Assembly (NCBI GenBank): GCA_963737905.1
Contig: CAVTUQ010000025.1
Coordinates: 96,001 to 160,000, forward strand
DNA: 64,000 nt
Origin: an uncultured delta proteobacterium
GTDB taxonomy: Bacteria > Desulfobacterota > Binatia > UBA9968
Reading direction: 5' to 3'
Position 1 is the first letter of the stretch. The number at the start of each line of letters is the position of its first letter. Made by a program: the position numbers and the translations under genes. The notes beneath the pieces were generated by a model. That model did not search any database, had not been told where the DNA came from, and saw only the letters and a list, made by a program, of their open reading frames with translations. Below, one piece after another: positions 9,591 to 19,635 of the stretch.

Positions 9591-11660
9591 ATGGCGAAAT
9601 ACCGCGTTACCGTCGACACCGGGGGAACGTTCTCCGATTTTGTTTTTTTCAATGAAGATAGCGGTGAGATCAGCATCACGAAAGTCCCTTCGACCCCCAG
9701 GGAACCCTTTCAGGCTGTCCTCAATGGCGTCAAAGAGCTCATCGATAGCGGCCCGGCAGCGAGAGACATTTCTTTTTTCTGCCACGGCACAACGGTTGGG
9801 ACCAACACACTCCTGGAGGAAAAGGGCGCAAAGACGGGCCTGCTGGTCACGCAAGGCTTCCGGGGAATTTACGAGGTGATGGAGCAGACGCGCGGCTACG
9901 GTCCGGCCACTTACGATCTCTTTTTCGAGAAACCACGACTCCTTGCCCCACCCTACCTCACTGAAGAGATTCCCGAGCGCGTCGATTTCCGTGGCACCGC
10001 GTTAAAACCCATCGATGTCGAAGCATCGCTTCAAGCGGTTCGAAACCTGAAAAAGAAGGGCGTCCAGTCGGTGGCGGTCTGTTTTCTTTTCTCGTTCTTA
10101 AATCCCGATCACGAGCTAAAAATCAAAGAGATCTTCGCCGAAGAATTTCCCGAGGCGAGTCTCTCGCTTTCCTACGAGGTGCTACCGCAGATCCGCGAGT
10201 TCTACCGGATGAGCACGACGGTAATCAACGCCTATATCGCCCCGGTGATGGCGAACTATGTCAGCCGTCTCGAAAACCGGCTAAAGGAGATGGGCGTGAT
10301 GACGCCCAAACTCTATATCATGCAGTCCAACGGCGGGGTTTCGACCTTCCAAGGCTCCGCCAGAAAACCGGTGGCCACGGTCCTTTCCGGTCCGGCGGGA
10401 GGCGTTATTGCTTCCATGGGCACCTGCGAGCGGATCGGCGTCAATAACATCATCACCTTTGACATGGGCGGCACCAGCTGCGACGTCGCGTTGATCCATC
10501 AGGGCAATCCGGTCATCACGACTCAGGGAAGAATCAACCAGCGACCCATCAGTCTGCCGATGCTCGACATTCACACCGTGAGCGCCGGCGGCGGCACCAT
10601 TGCGCGCATCGACGCGGTGGGCGCGCTGCAAGTCGGACCCGATAGCGCCGGCGCCGACCCCGGTCCGGTTTGCTACGACCGCGGCGGTCAAGAGATTACG
10701 GTCACTGACGCCAACGTGGTCATCGGGGTTCTTGACCCAAATCATTTTCTCGGCGGCCGGATGAAACTGGACAAGATCAAAGCGCAGCGCGCCCTCGAAG
10801 AGAAAATCGCCAAGCCTCTCGGCTTGAGTTTGCTCGAAGCAGCAGACGGAGTACTGGACATTATCAACGTTAAAATGGAAGAGGCGATCAAGGCGGTCTC
10901 TTCCCAGCGCGGTTACGACATCCGCGACTTCACCTTGGTAGCCTTCGGTGGGGGCGGGCCCATGCATGCGGGTCGAATCGCCCTCGATCTCGGTATTTCC
11001 GCGGTCCTCATACCGCTGACACCTGGCGTCCACTCCGCCCTGGGTTTATTAATGTCCGACGTAAAGCATGACTACGTCCGCTCAAAACTGGCCGGGCTCA
11101 ACGAACTGGATTTAGATGAAATCAACGGCCTATTCGCCCAACTGATCGAACAGGCGAAAGCCGATCTGCGCGCTGAAGGATTCGACGACGCAGAGATCAG
11201 GCTCGACGCCTTTCTCGATCTGCGTTACGCCGGTCAAGGATACGAGTTGACCGTCCCCTGTCCGCTGCCGCCGCTGAAAAAATCGGATCTCGATCTGATG
11301 CGGCAACGCTTCGACATGCAGCATGAACAAGCTTCCGGCCACAAAGCCGAAACGGAGCCTGTGGAACTGGTCAGTCTCCGGCTGATTTCCTATGGGCTCG
11401 TGCCCCAGGCGAAGCTCTCTCCGGCAAAGGCCACCGGAAGAAGAGTTGAAGAAGCGAAGACCGGCGAGAGAAAAGTCTACTTCGGAAAGCAGCATGGTAC
11501 CCTCGACTGCCAGATCTACACACGGGATGGGCTGGAACCAGGACATAAGATTTCCGGCCCGGCGGTGATCGAGCAGCTGGATACGACGACCGTAATTCAT
11601 CCTGAACAGCAAGCGACCGTGGATAATTATCGGAATTTGATTGTCAGGGAGAAAGCGTAA
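9591..11660 (+). CDS. Hydantoinase A/5-oxoprolinase ATP-binding subunit
   Basis: VDTGGTFSD, HGTTVGTN, SGPAGG, FDMGGTSCD and AFGGGGPMH motifs. Confidence 0.93.
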   Translation: MAKYRVTVDTGGTFSDFVFFNEDSGEISITKVPSTPREPFQAVLNGVKELIDSGPAARDISFFCHGTTVGTNTLLEEKGAKTGLLVTQGFRGIYEVMEQTRGYGPATYDLFFEKPRLLAPPYLTEEIPERVDFRGTALKPIDVEASLQAVRNLKKKGVQSVAVCFLFSFLNPDHELKIKEIFAEEFPEASLSLSYEVLPQIREFYRMSTTVINAYIAPVMANYVSRLENRLKEMGVMTPKLYIMQSNGGVSTFQGSARKPVATVLSGPAGGVIASMGTCERIGVNNIITFDMGGTSCDVALIHQGNPVITTQGRINQRPISLPMLDIHTVSAGGGTIARIDAVGALQVGPDSAGADPGPVCYDRGGQEITVTDANVVIGVLDPNHFLGGRMKLDKIKAQRALEEKIAKPLGLSLLEAADGVLDIINVKMEEAIKAVSSQRGYDIRDFTLVAFGGGGPMHAGRIALDLGISAVLIPLTPGVHSALGLLMSDVKHDYVRSKLAGLNELDLDEINGLFAQLIEQAKADLRAEGFDDAEIRLDAFLDLRYAGQGYELTVPCPLPPLKKSDLDLMRQRFDMQHEQASGHKAETEPVELVSLRLISYGLVPQAKLSPAKATGRRVEEAKTGERKVYFGKQHGTLDCQIYTRDGLEPGHKISGPAVIEQLDTTTVIHPEQQATVDNYRNLIVREKA

Positions 11661-11670
11661 GCTTGAGAGC

Positions 11671-11743
11671 CGATTTGAACGTCTTGAACCTGGCTTGCTG
11701 ATCGTTCCAAGTCGTTCAATTCGTTCAAAAAGTTCAAAGCGTT
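11671..11743. repeat. Palindromic TTGAAC/GTTCAA micro-repeat element (~9-nt units)
   Basis: TTTGAACGTCTTGAACC...CGTTCCAAGTCGTTCAATTCGTTCAAAAAGTTCAAAGCGTT. Confidence 0.75.
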
Positions 11744-11759
11744 ATCGCTAGGAAAAGAT

Positions 11760-13493
11760 ATGAACGTTGATCCCGTAACTTTACAAGTCATTCAGGCGCG
11801 GCTGGCCGGCATTGTCCAGGAGATGCAGAACTCGCTCTTTCGCACCGGCTACTCGACGATTATCCGCGAGTCCCAAGATGCCAGCTGCGCGATTCTAAAT
11901 ACCGACGGTGAAGTGGTGGCCCAGCATGTGGTCCTGCCGCTCCATATGGGCGCGTTTCCGGCTTGCGCCGCGGGATTGCTGAAGAGCTACACCGCTTCGG
12001 AGCTTCACGAGGGCGACGCCTTCATCACCAACCATCCCTATCTCGGCGGCAGTCCCCACGCGCCGGATATGGCGGTGTTGAGCCCGATTTTCTACCAAGG
12101 CGACTGGGTCGGCTTCGCCGCTAATCTCGCACACAAGAGCGACATCGGCGGCCCCGTGCCCGGAAGTTGCTGGAGTCAAGCCCGGGAGATCTACCAGGAA
12201 GGTCTCCACGTACCACCGATCAAATACGTTTCCGGCTATCAAATCAGCAAAGACATCGAAGCCGTTCTCGGCGCCAACAGCCGCACGCCGGAGCTGGTCG
12301 TTGGGGACCTGCGCGGCCAAGTGGGAGCCGCACGGCTCGGAGAGAAACGCTTCCAGGAAATGATGGATCGATACGGCAAGGAAACGATCCTCGCCTCCTA
12401 CGATCAGTTGTTTGCGATGACCGAAGCGAAGGTGCGCGCTGAAATCGCTTCGTGGCCCGATGGCACCGGCGAGGGCGAACGGTTCGTCGACAGCGACGGC
12501 ATCGAACTCGACAAGCCGGTGCGCCTCCATGTGCGCATGAAAAAGAAAGGCAAAGAGCTCCTTTTTGACTTCACGGGCTCCGCCGACCAGACCAAGGGGC
12601 CTGCCAATATCCGTCCCACTATCGTACGCGCGGCCTGCTGCTATCTTCTCACCTGCCTGACGGACCCGGCGCTGGCCATCAACTACGGGCTGGCAAAGGT
12701 GATCGATATCAAAGTTCGCGAGGGCAGCGTGGTCAACCCGCGCTTTCCCGCTCCGGTAAACACGTATAACCCCACCGTGCATGCGCTGGTGGAGGCGTTG
12801 CTGGAAGCCTCCAGCCAGATCACGCCCCACAAGAAGGTCGGCGACGGCTGCAGCAGCCGGTCGATCATCATCGGCGGCCGCAGCAACAAGACCGGCAAGA
12901 GCTACGTGCAATATGAGATCTTTGGCGGCGGCTCAGGCGGACGCAGCGGCAAGGACGGCGTCTCCGGCACCAATGTCAATCAATCCAACGCCAGGATCGC
13001 GCCCATCGAAATTATCGAATCGGAATTCTCCACCCGTCTGCGTCGTTTTGAATTGATTCCCGATTCCGGCGGACCGGGAAAGTTCCGTGGCGGACTGGGG
13101 TTCATCCGCGAGTACGAGCTGCTGGACCATGACGCGAGATTTTCGCTGCGTTCCACCAAACACACCGTCGCGCCCAGAGGCATCGACGGCGGCTCGGACG
13201 GCAAGACCGGCCATTGCACTTTGAACCCCGGCACGGACAAATCCCAAGTCATCCCTTCACGATACTCGGATCACACGCTTCACCCCGGCGATGTCGTCCG
13301 GCTGGAAACCCCGGGTGGGGGCGGCTTGGGTTACGCGTTGGAACGAGACCCAGCCAGGGTACTTAACGACGTCCGCAACGGTTACGTGACCTCACAAAAG
13401 GCGCGGGAAGTCTACCGGGTTGTTGTTGATGCCAATGACGGCGACTACGTGCTGAACGAGGCGCGAACGCGGGAGCTGCGCGGACAGACTTAG
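11760..13493 (+). CDS. Hydantoinase B/oxoprolinase subunit (copy 1)
   Basis: TGYSTIIRESQDASC, NHPYLGGSPHAPD, AHKSDIGG, DSGGPGKFRGG and ETPGGGG motifs. Confidence 0.93.
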   Translation: MNVDPVTLQVIQARLAGIVQEMQNSLFRTGYSTIIRESQDASCAILNTDGEVVAQHVVLPLHMGAFPACAAGLLKSYTASELHEGDAFITNHPYLGGSPHAPDMAVLSPIFYQGDWVGFAANLAHKSDIGGPVPGSCWSQAREIYQEGLHVPPIKYVSGYQISKDIEAVLGANSRTPELVVGDLRGQVGAARLGEKRFQEMMDRYGKETILASYDQLFAMTEAKVRAEIASWPDGTGEGERFVDSDGIELDKPVRLHVRMKKKGKELLFDFTGSADQTKGPANIRPTIVRAACCYLLTCLTDPALAINYGLAKVIDIKVREGSVVNPRFPAPVNTYNPTVHALVEALLEASSQITPHKKVGDGCSSRSIIIGGRSNKTGKSYVQYEIFGGGSGGRSGKDGVSGTNVNQSNARIAPIEIIESEFSTRLRRFELIPDSGGPGKFRGGLGFIREYELLDHDARFSLRSTKHTVAPRGIDGGSDGKTGHCTLNPGTDKSQVIPSRYSDHTLHPGDVVRLETPGGGGLGYALERDPARVLNDVRNGYVTSQKAREVYRVVVDANDGDYVLNEARTRELRGQT

Positions 13494-13510
13494 ATTTTGC
13501 TTGTTAACCA

Positions 13511-13577
13511 CTTGAACGATTGGAACGTTTTGAACGGCTTGAACCGCGGTAGCGTTTCGTTCCAGTCGTTCAAAACG
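13511..13577. repeat. Palindromic TTGAAC/GTTCAA micro-repeat element (9-nt units)
   Basis: CTTGAACGA TTGGAACGT TTTGAACGG CTTGAACCG ... CGTTCCAGT CGTTCAAAA CG. Confidence 0.8.
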
Positions 13578-13598
13578 TGAAATAAGGTTTGGGCTTTC

Positions 13599-15371
13599 AT
13601 GTCGCTTGTCGACCCCATAACTTTGCAAGTCATTCAGGCGCGGCTGGCCGGCATCGTCCAGGAGATGCAGAACTCGTTGTTCCGCACCGGCTACTCAACT
13701 ATTATTAGAGAATCCCAAGACGCGAGTTGCGCGATTTTGAACACCGCCGGTGAAGTGGTGGCGCAGCACGTCGTGCTGCCGCTCCACATGGGCGCATTTC
13801 CAGCCTGCGCTGCGGCTATCCTGAAAGCTTACCCAGCAGCCGAAATCAAACCAGGCGACGCCTTCATCACCAACCACCCCTATCTGGGCGGCAGCCCGCA
13901 CGCACCGGACATGGGCGTGCTCACGCCGATCTTCTACCGGGGCGATTGGGTGGGATTCGCGGCGAACATGGCTCATAAGAGCGATATCGGTGGAACCGTA
14001 CCTGGCAGTGGCTCGGGCAACGCGCGAGAGATTTTTCAGGAAGGGCTTCACTTGCCTCCAGTAAAGTTCGTGTCGGAGCTCCAGCCGGTCAAAGAGATCG
14101 AAGCCATGATCACGGCCAACAGCCGTACTCCGGCACTGGTCATCGGTGATTTGCGGGGTCAGGTCGGCGCCGCGCGCCTGGGGGAACGACGAATTGCTGA
14201 GCTGATGGACCGTTACGGCGAAGAAACGGTGCGCCAATCGACAGAGCTATTATCCATCTACACGGAAAACCGCGTGCGTCAGACCCTTGCCTCATGGGCC
14301 GACGGCGAGTCGGAAGGAGAGAGCTTCGTCGATCACGACGGCATCGATCTTGACCGGCCGATCCGTGTGCATGTGAAGATCGGGAAAATAGGAAATCGAA
14401 TCCACTTCGACTTTAGCGGCTGCAGCGATCAGACAACGGGTCCGGCAAACATTCGACCCCCGCTGGTGCGGGCCGCTTGCGCCTATTGCTTGGTCACCCT
14501 GGTTGACCGCTTCCTGCCCATCAACCAAGGGTTGGCACGCGTGATTGAAGCGACGTTTCGTGAAGGCAGTGTCGTTAACCCGCACTTTCCCGCGGCCGTC
14601 AATACCTACATGCCAACGGCGCTCACCGTAGCGGAGGCGATTTTCAGGGGCCTGGCTCCCTTCGTTCCAGAGAAGCGAATCGCCGGAGGCTCCGGCAGTG
14701 CGGCTTTGGTTTTAGGCGGGCACGACACCAACAGCAACCGGGCCTATGTGCACTATGAAATCTTTAGCGGCGGCACCGGGGCCCGCTCCGGCAAAGACGG
14801 TGTGTCAGCAACCGCTTTTCATCTGAGCAACTGCAAGACCGCGCCCATCGAAATTATCGAATCGGAATTCCCCACCCGGGTGGAACGCTTCGAAATGATT
14901 CCAGACTCGGGCGGGCCAGGCCGATGGCGCGGCGGCTTGGGTTTCGCCCGCGACTATCGAATTCTGGCGGATGAAGTGCGCTTCTCTATGCGCACGGACA
15001 AACATGCGATCGCACCCTGGGGCAGCGACAACGGCAGTGCCGGGGGTAAGGGTTCCTGCGTTATCAATCCAGGGGCTTCGAACGCAAAACGGCTTCCCTC
15101 TCGTTTTGGCGATCACCGCCTGCAAAGAGGCGATCTGCTGCGCCTCGAGCGCCCCGGCGGCGGGGGGCTCGGTCATCCTCTGGAGCGTCCGGTGGAAAGT
15201 GTCTTTGAGGATGTCCGGCAGGGCTATGTATCCATTGAGCGCGCAGGATCGGATTACGCGGTCGTGGTGGAGCTGGTCGATGGCGAGCCGATGCTGAATC
15301 TTCCTCAAACTCGAATTTTACGAGGAGAAAAGCAAAAAAATACTGGCAAATATGACTCGCCTCTGCTATAA
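13599..15371 (+). CDS. Hydantoinase B/oxoprolinase subunit (copy 2)
   Basis: Same motifs as copy 1; near-identical N-terminus. Confidence 0.93.
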   Translation: MSLVDPITLQVIQARLAGIVQEMQNSLFRTGYSTIIRESQDASCAILNTAGEVVAQHVVLPLHMGAFPACAAAILKAYPAAEIKPGDAFITNHPYLGGSPHAPDMGVLTPIFYRGDWVGFAANMAHKSDIGGTVPGSGSGNAREIFQEGLHLPPVKFVSELQPVKEIEAMITANSRTPALVIGDLRGQVGAARLGERRIAELMDRYGEETVRQSTELLSIYTENRVRQTLASWADGESEGESFVDHDGIDLDRPIRVHVKIGKIGNRIHFDFSGCSDQTTGPANIRPPLVRAACAYCLVTLVDRFLPINQGLARVIEATFREGSVVNPHFPAAVNTYMPTALTVAEAIFRGLAPFVPEKRIAGGSGSAALVLGGHDTNSNRAYVHYEIFSGGTGARSGKDGVSATAFHLSNCKTAPIEIIESEFPTRVERFEMIPDSGGPGRWRGGLGFARDYRILADEVRFSMRTDKHAIAPWGSDNGSAGGKGSCVINPGASNAKRLPSRFGDHRLQRGDLLRLERPGGGGLGHPLERPVESVFEDVRQGYVSIERAGSDYAVVVELVDGEPMLNLPQTRILRGEKQKNTGKYDSPLL

Positions 15372-15406
15372 CACCGCTAACGAATTTACTTCCTGAAGGA
15401 GGAACA

Positions 15407-15676
15407 ATGGCAACGAAGAAAAAACGCAAACCGAATGCAGCTTTCATGAAACCGGTACAACCCGATGCCGCTCTGAGCGCTGTCGTCGGTGCCAAAGCAA
15501 TCCCGCGGACCGAGGTGACCAAGAAGCTGTGGGCTTACATCAAAAAGAACAGCCTCCAGGACAAGAAGAAAAAGACCAACATCAACGCCGACGACAAACT
15601 CAAAGTTGTCTTCGGCGGGAAGAAAACGGTCACCATGTTTGAAATGACCAAGTTGGTCAGCAGACACGTAAAGTAA
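15407..15676 (+). CDS. SWIB/MDM2 domain protein
   Basis: PNAAFMKP...L.AVVG...RTEVTKKLWAYIKKNSLQD...INADDKL..VFGGK..VTMFEM; AGGAGG RBS. Confidence 0.92.
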   Translation: MATKKKRKPNAAFMKPVQPDAALSAVVGAKAIPRTEVTKKLWAYIKKNSLQDKKKKTNINADDKLKVVFGGKKTVTMFEMTKLVSRHVK

Positions 15677-15711
15677 GAACCCTTTTCCTTTTCGTTCCGT
15701 GCAAAAGACAG

Positions 15712-15750
15712 CCAAGGCTATCGGGTGCTCGATAGCCTTGGAGTTTCTTT
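15712..15750 (+). terminator. Intrinsic terminator between convergent genes
   Basis: CCAAGGCTATCG-ggtgct-CGATAGCCTTGG followed by a T-rich tract. Confidence 0.75.
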
Positions 15751-15840
15751 AATTCTCCTCAGGCGACAAGCGATATAGAGTCTGGCGGAGCGGCGTGTTT
15801 GTGTGTCCTCTTGGCTGCTGCGCTGGGCTCCAGCTAGTTT

Positions 15841-16974
15841 TTACTTCGTCTTCCCCTGCGCCAACGCTTTCTCGACGATGTCTTGGATCGGCGCCATGTC
15901 CATAAACTCCGGCTTGTCCACCAGTATATATTTGACGCCGTCGACGCGCCGCACTTCGCGGCGCACCATGTCCTTGGGGATATCGGTGCGCAGCGACTCC
16001 TCGGAATTGTTCGGCGTGTTGGCGGCGCGCTGAAGCGCCGTCTGACCTTCGCGCGAGAGCAACCAGTTGACGAACACGCGCGCGGCGTTCGGGTGCGGCG
16101 GCTCGGTCGGTAATGCTATAGAACCCATGTTGCCCGCGGAAATCGCCCGGCTCTCTTTCCACATCGCGGTGCGAAATTCATCGACGGCTAGGCCTTGAGC
16201 TTTGACTTTCAGGATTTCGGAGCAAAAAAAGCAGATGGCAAATTTCCCGTTCGCCAGCCAATCCGTCGCTTGACGGATTTCTCGAGTTAACGTCACATCC
16301 ATCTCTCCATAGAGGCGCCGGATGAACTCGGCGCCCAACTCCGGCGTGTGGTAATACATCCGCAGACCGATGCGTTGGCTGCCGGAAATCTTCGGATCGC
16401 GCGAGAGAATTTTGCCTTTCCACTTGGGTTGTAAAAAATCCCAGTAAGAACGAATCTCACCCGCTTCCACCAACTTGGTATGGTACGAAACATACTCGCC
16501 GACGTTGCCGAGATAGAGGAAGATAGATCGGTTCTCCGGGTCGACGTACTGATGCTGGCCGAGCCACCACTTGGTCTCATCGATGACCTCGGGAAGTATC
16601 AACGCCGCGCGCACGCTGTCCAAGATTTTGCCGCGATAAAAAACTTCATAGGCCGTCGTCACTCCGCTGATATAAACGTCGACGAGATACTTGCCCGCGC
16701 GCCGCTCCGCCATGATGCGCGGCGCGAGCGTATTGCCGCGCCCGAGGGTCGTAACGACGTTGATCTCGGGATACTTTTTCTGAAACAACTGCGCGACGTT
16801 ACCGAGCTCGCCCTCACCTTGAAAAAGATAAAGACTGAGGCCGCCTTCTTTTTTCGCTGCCTGGACCGAACGGTCCCATTCGGCTTGCCAGTTGGGTTTG
16901 GACTCGGCGCCAGCGCGACCGAGCAAGCTAAGAAATGCTAGCCCAACAAGTAAAAGCCTATAGGGCCGAATCAT
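15841..16974 (-). CDS. ABC-type extracellular solute-binding protein (Fe3+/thiamine-like family)
   Basis: Signal peptide; AAKKEG; AERRAGKYLVD; PHPNAARVFVNWLLSREGQ. Confidence 0.9.
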   Translation of the reverse strand: MIRPYRLLLVGLAFLSLLGRAGAESKPNWQAEWDRSVQAAKKEGGLSLYLFQGEGELGNVAQLFQKKYPEINVVTTLGRGNTLAPRIMAERRAGKYLVDVYISGVTTAYEVFYRGKILDSVRAALILPEVIDETKWWLGQHQYVDPENRSIFLYLGNVGEYVSYHTKLVEAGEIRSYWDFLQPKWKGKILSRDPKISGSQRIGLRMYYHTPELGAEFIRRLYGEMDVTLTREIRQATDWLANGKFAICFFCSEILKVKAQGLAVDEFRTAMWKESRAISAGNMGSIALPTEPPHPNAARVFVNWLLSREGQTALQRAANTPNNSEESLRTDIPKDMVRREVRRVDGVKYILVDKPEFMDMAPIQDIVEKALAQGKTK

Positions 16975-16999
16975 GGAACCTCCGAGTTAGTTCACGGTT

Positions 17000-18184
17000 C
17001 TAACCTCGGACCGCAAGCGGGTCGGGCGGCACGTGATATCTCACTGAACCGGCCTTGCCGGCGTGCAGCGAATCGTCCATCTTCGTATCGATGATCGCAT
17101 GATCCGGATCACGCATAACATTCATCGGGTCTAAGTTTTGCGCGACTTTGTCGATTTCGCGCCTGAGCATTTCGCGATACATCACCACGCCGCGATCTGA
17201 ACCGGCGAGCCGTTCACGAGTGCGATCGAGTATCGGCCCTTGGGTTTCCCACGCCATAAAATCTTGGGCATCCACGTCATCGAGGCGAAATTTCGTGAAG
17301 GGATGAAGGGCGTCGAGTGGGTTCTTGAAAGGCTTGCGGTAGTTGATCGGAACGTCGTCTTTGTTCTCACGCGGCTCCGCCGAGTCCGGGACGAAGTGGA
17401 CGTAAACGATCCAGGTATGGGTGTCGTCGATGGGCACGCGAATCTGCGTGCGATTGGCTTGCCGCAAGACGGTCGGGAATAACAGCGGATGCTCCTCCAC
17501 TTTCCCATCCTTGAAAACGCGCCGCTTAAGAATACCGTGAGCAAATTCTTCGAGCTCGAATTTCTCGAGATTGTCGATGGTTCCCCGCGTCGTGCTTTGG
17601 ACTTTGAAGCCGTCGGTGACAAGCTCTTGATGGAGAATATGCAGATGGGCCGTATCGACGGAATTTTCCATCGCTTGTAACCAGTTGCAGTCGAGCTGCG
17701 GCAATGCGCGCAGCCAGTGCCAACCATCCGTGCGCGCCCAGACATCGTATTTTGGAATGACCGGGGCGGGCTCGGGTCCGAGATAGGCCCAGTAGAGTCC
17801 GGCTAATTTTTGCACCGGATAGGCTTTGTGTTTCACGGTTCGACAAAAATTGCTCTCCGCCGGCTCTGCCGGTGTTTCCAGACAGTTGCCTTTCGTATCG
17901 TAGAGCCAGCCATGGTACGCGCAGGCGATGCCGCGCTCTTCGACTCGGCCATAGGAGAGCGAAGCACCGCGGTGCGAACAACGATCGTGCAGCAACCCGA
18001 CTTCACCCTTCGTCGTCTGGAACAGCACCAAATCCTCGCTGAGGATACGGATAAACTTCGTCGGACTGTCCGGCGTCAAGTCCGCCGCGATTGCAACCGG
18101 ATGCCAGTAGCGGCGCAGCAATTCGCCCGCCGGCGTCCCCGGACCGACGCGAGTCAACATCTCATTTTCTTCCGCAGTCAGCAT
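17000..18184 (-). CDS. Rieske non-haem iron oxygenase, phthalate 4,5-dioxygenase-like
   Basis: N-terminus MLT.EEN..LTRVGPGTP.G.LLRRYW; Rieske CSH...CAYH; ENSVDTAHLHILH; QD.MAWETQG. Confidence 0.9.
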   Translation of the reverse strand: MLTAEENEMLTRVGPGTPAGELLRRYWHPVAIAADLTPDSPTKFIRILSEDLVLFQTTKGEVGLLHDRCSHRGASLSYGRVEERGIACAYHGWLYDTKGNCLETPAEPAESNFCRTVKHKAYPVQKLAGLYWAYLGPEPAPVIPKYDVWARTDGWHWLRALPQLDCNWLQAMENSVDTAHLHILHQELVTDGFKVQSTTRGTIDNLEKFELEEFAHGILKRRVFKDGKVEEHPLLFPTVLRQANRTQIRVPIDDTHTWIVYVHFVPDSAEPRENKDDVPINYRKPFKNPLDALHPFTKFRLDDVDAQDFMAWETQGPILDRTRERLAGSDRGVVMYREMLRREIDKVAQNLDPMNVMRDPDHAIIDTKMDDSLHAGKAGSVRYHVPPDPLAVRG

Positions 18185-18234
18185 CCTGAACTCCTTCTCG
18201 AAGACACGCGGAAACGCCCAACAACTTACCCGGC

Positions 18235-18269
18235 ATCTTCGATCTTCGATTCTCTAGCTTCGATCCTCG
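18235..18269. repeat. Degenerate heptamer tandem repeat (ATCTTCG x5)
   Basis: atcttcg atcttcg attctct agcttcg atcctcg. Confidence 0.6.
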
Positions 18270-18275
18270 ACATTT

Positions 18276-19463
18276 CTACTCCGGGCTCGGAACCTGATGT
18301 GAGAGAAAAATCTCTTTGCGCTGATTTGCCGACTCGAGCATTGCCAAGCACACCTCCAACGTCGCCTCACCCCAGCGGCCGTCGTGAAACACGGGACGAC
18401 CGTGCACCACAGCGTTATAGAGTTCTTCGACCTCGGCCTCGCGCCCTCTGCTTCCGGGCGGAAGCGTGATTTCTCGCTTATCGCTTTCCCCATAAACAAG
18501 CAACCCGTCCGGGGTTTGACGGATATCGCCTCGTTCGCAGCTTACCAGCGTGAAGCCAAAGAACGGCTGCTTACGATCGCCCGACCAGACATGGCTGAAC
18601 TCGCCCTCGCGCTGCCCGCCGAAACGCATCCCCTCTTTGAGCCGCTCTTCCTCCTCGGCGCTACGCACTTCCCGAAGTTGTCTTCTAACTTTCAGGTTCG
18701 TTTCCGGATCTCGCGGCTGTCCTCCTTCTCCCACCCAACTAAACAACTCCGCACTGTCGAAGAAGCCATAGCCGCTGTAGACCAAGGTCGCCGGTATGCC
18801 GTCCTCGAATTCAAGGTAGCACGTGTAACTTCCTTCATGCCCGCGCGCCTTATCCCAGATGCCCGTCATCGCCCGGAGGCTGCGCACCATGCCGCCGCCG
18901 ATGAGCCTCACGACATCGACGTGATGGGGCCCCTGGTTTAAGACGACGCCGCGGCTCGTGGCAAGCTCATGCTTCATGCGCGGCCGGTACATGAACTCGT
19001 TGTAGTTCCACGTGTTAATCATGCGGAGTTTGCCGAGCTCGCCGCCTTTGACCAGCTCGCGGATCTTGCGCACCGGCGGATCGAAACTGTGGGTGTGCCC
19101 GCATAAGAGGTTGACGCGATTTTTTTCCGCCGCCTCATTCATGGCTTCACATTCGTCGATGGACAGAGCCATGGGCTTTTCCACGATCACGTGCTTTTTG
19201 TGATTGGCGGCGGCGATGGCATGCTGGGCGTGAAGCTGATTCGGTGTCGCCACGTATACCGCGTCGACGTTCGGACTCGCGCACATCGCTTCGACGTTGG
19301 TGAAGGTCTCACCTTGGTACGCTTCCCTGAACTTCGCGAGCGCGTCGTTGCGCGTGTCCGCTGCTGCACTAACTTTGATAAACGGCAACGTTGAAATGGG
19401 CGGCAGGATTTGCGTGCTCGCCACCCCCAGGCCGGCGATGCCAAATCGTAGAACTTCAGCCAC
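18276..19463 (-). CDS. Gfo/Idh/MocA oxidoreductase, phthalate cis-4,5-dihydrodiol dehydrogenase-like
   Basis: GIAGLG; VEKPMA; CGHTHSFD; YNEFMYRPR; NQGPHHVD; YSGYGFFD; GTG start at 19463 after GGGAG. Confidence 0.88.
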   Translation of the reverse strand: MAEVLRFGIAGLGVASTQILPPISTLPFIKVSAAADTRNDALAKFREAYQGETFTNVEAMCASPNVDAVYVATPNQLHAQHAIAAANHKKHVIVEKPMALSIDECEAMNEAAEKNRVNLLCGHTHSFDPPVRKIRELVKGGELGKLRMINTWNYNEFMYRPRMKHELATSRGVVLNQGPHHVDVVRLIGGGMVRSLRAMTGIWDKARGHEGSYTCYLEFEDGIPATLVYSGYGFFDSAELFSWVGEGGQPRDPETNLKVRRQLREVRSAEEEERLKEGMRFGGQREGEFSHVWSGDRKQPFFGFTLVSCERGDIRQTPDGLLVYGESDKREITLPPGSRGREAEVEELYNAVVHGRPVFHDGRWGEATLEVCLAMLESANQRKEIFLSHQVPSPE

Positions 19464-19587
19464 TAAATTGCTCCCGAGGGTGATCCCCGCTCGGCCGGAA
19501 TGACGGTTGACTACACGGACATACAACCACCTCTCGTGCCCGGACTTTTACCGGCCAGACAACCCTGTAGGTGCGAACGAAGGCCAC

Positions 19588-19635
19588 GAAGGGGTCGGAT
19601 ATTTTTTTTTCCGGGTCCAGAAAGCCGACCCCTTC
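19588..19635. repeat. 11-bp inverted repeat GAAGGGGTCGG...CCGACCCCTTC
   Basis: Perfect arms at 19588-19598 and 19625-19635. Confidence 0.6.

Noticed and set aside
11671-13577. TTGAAC arrays as CRISPR repeats
   Set aside because: Units are 7-9 nt with no unique 25-45 nt spacers, and there are no cas genes.
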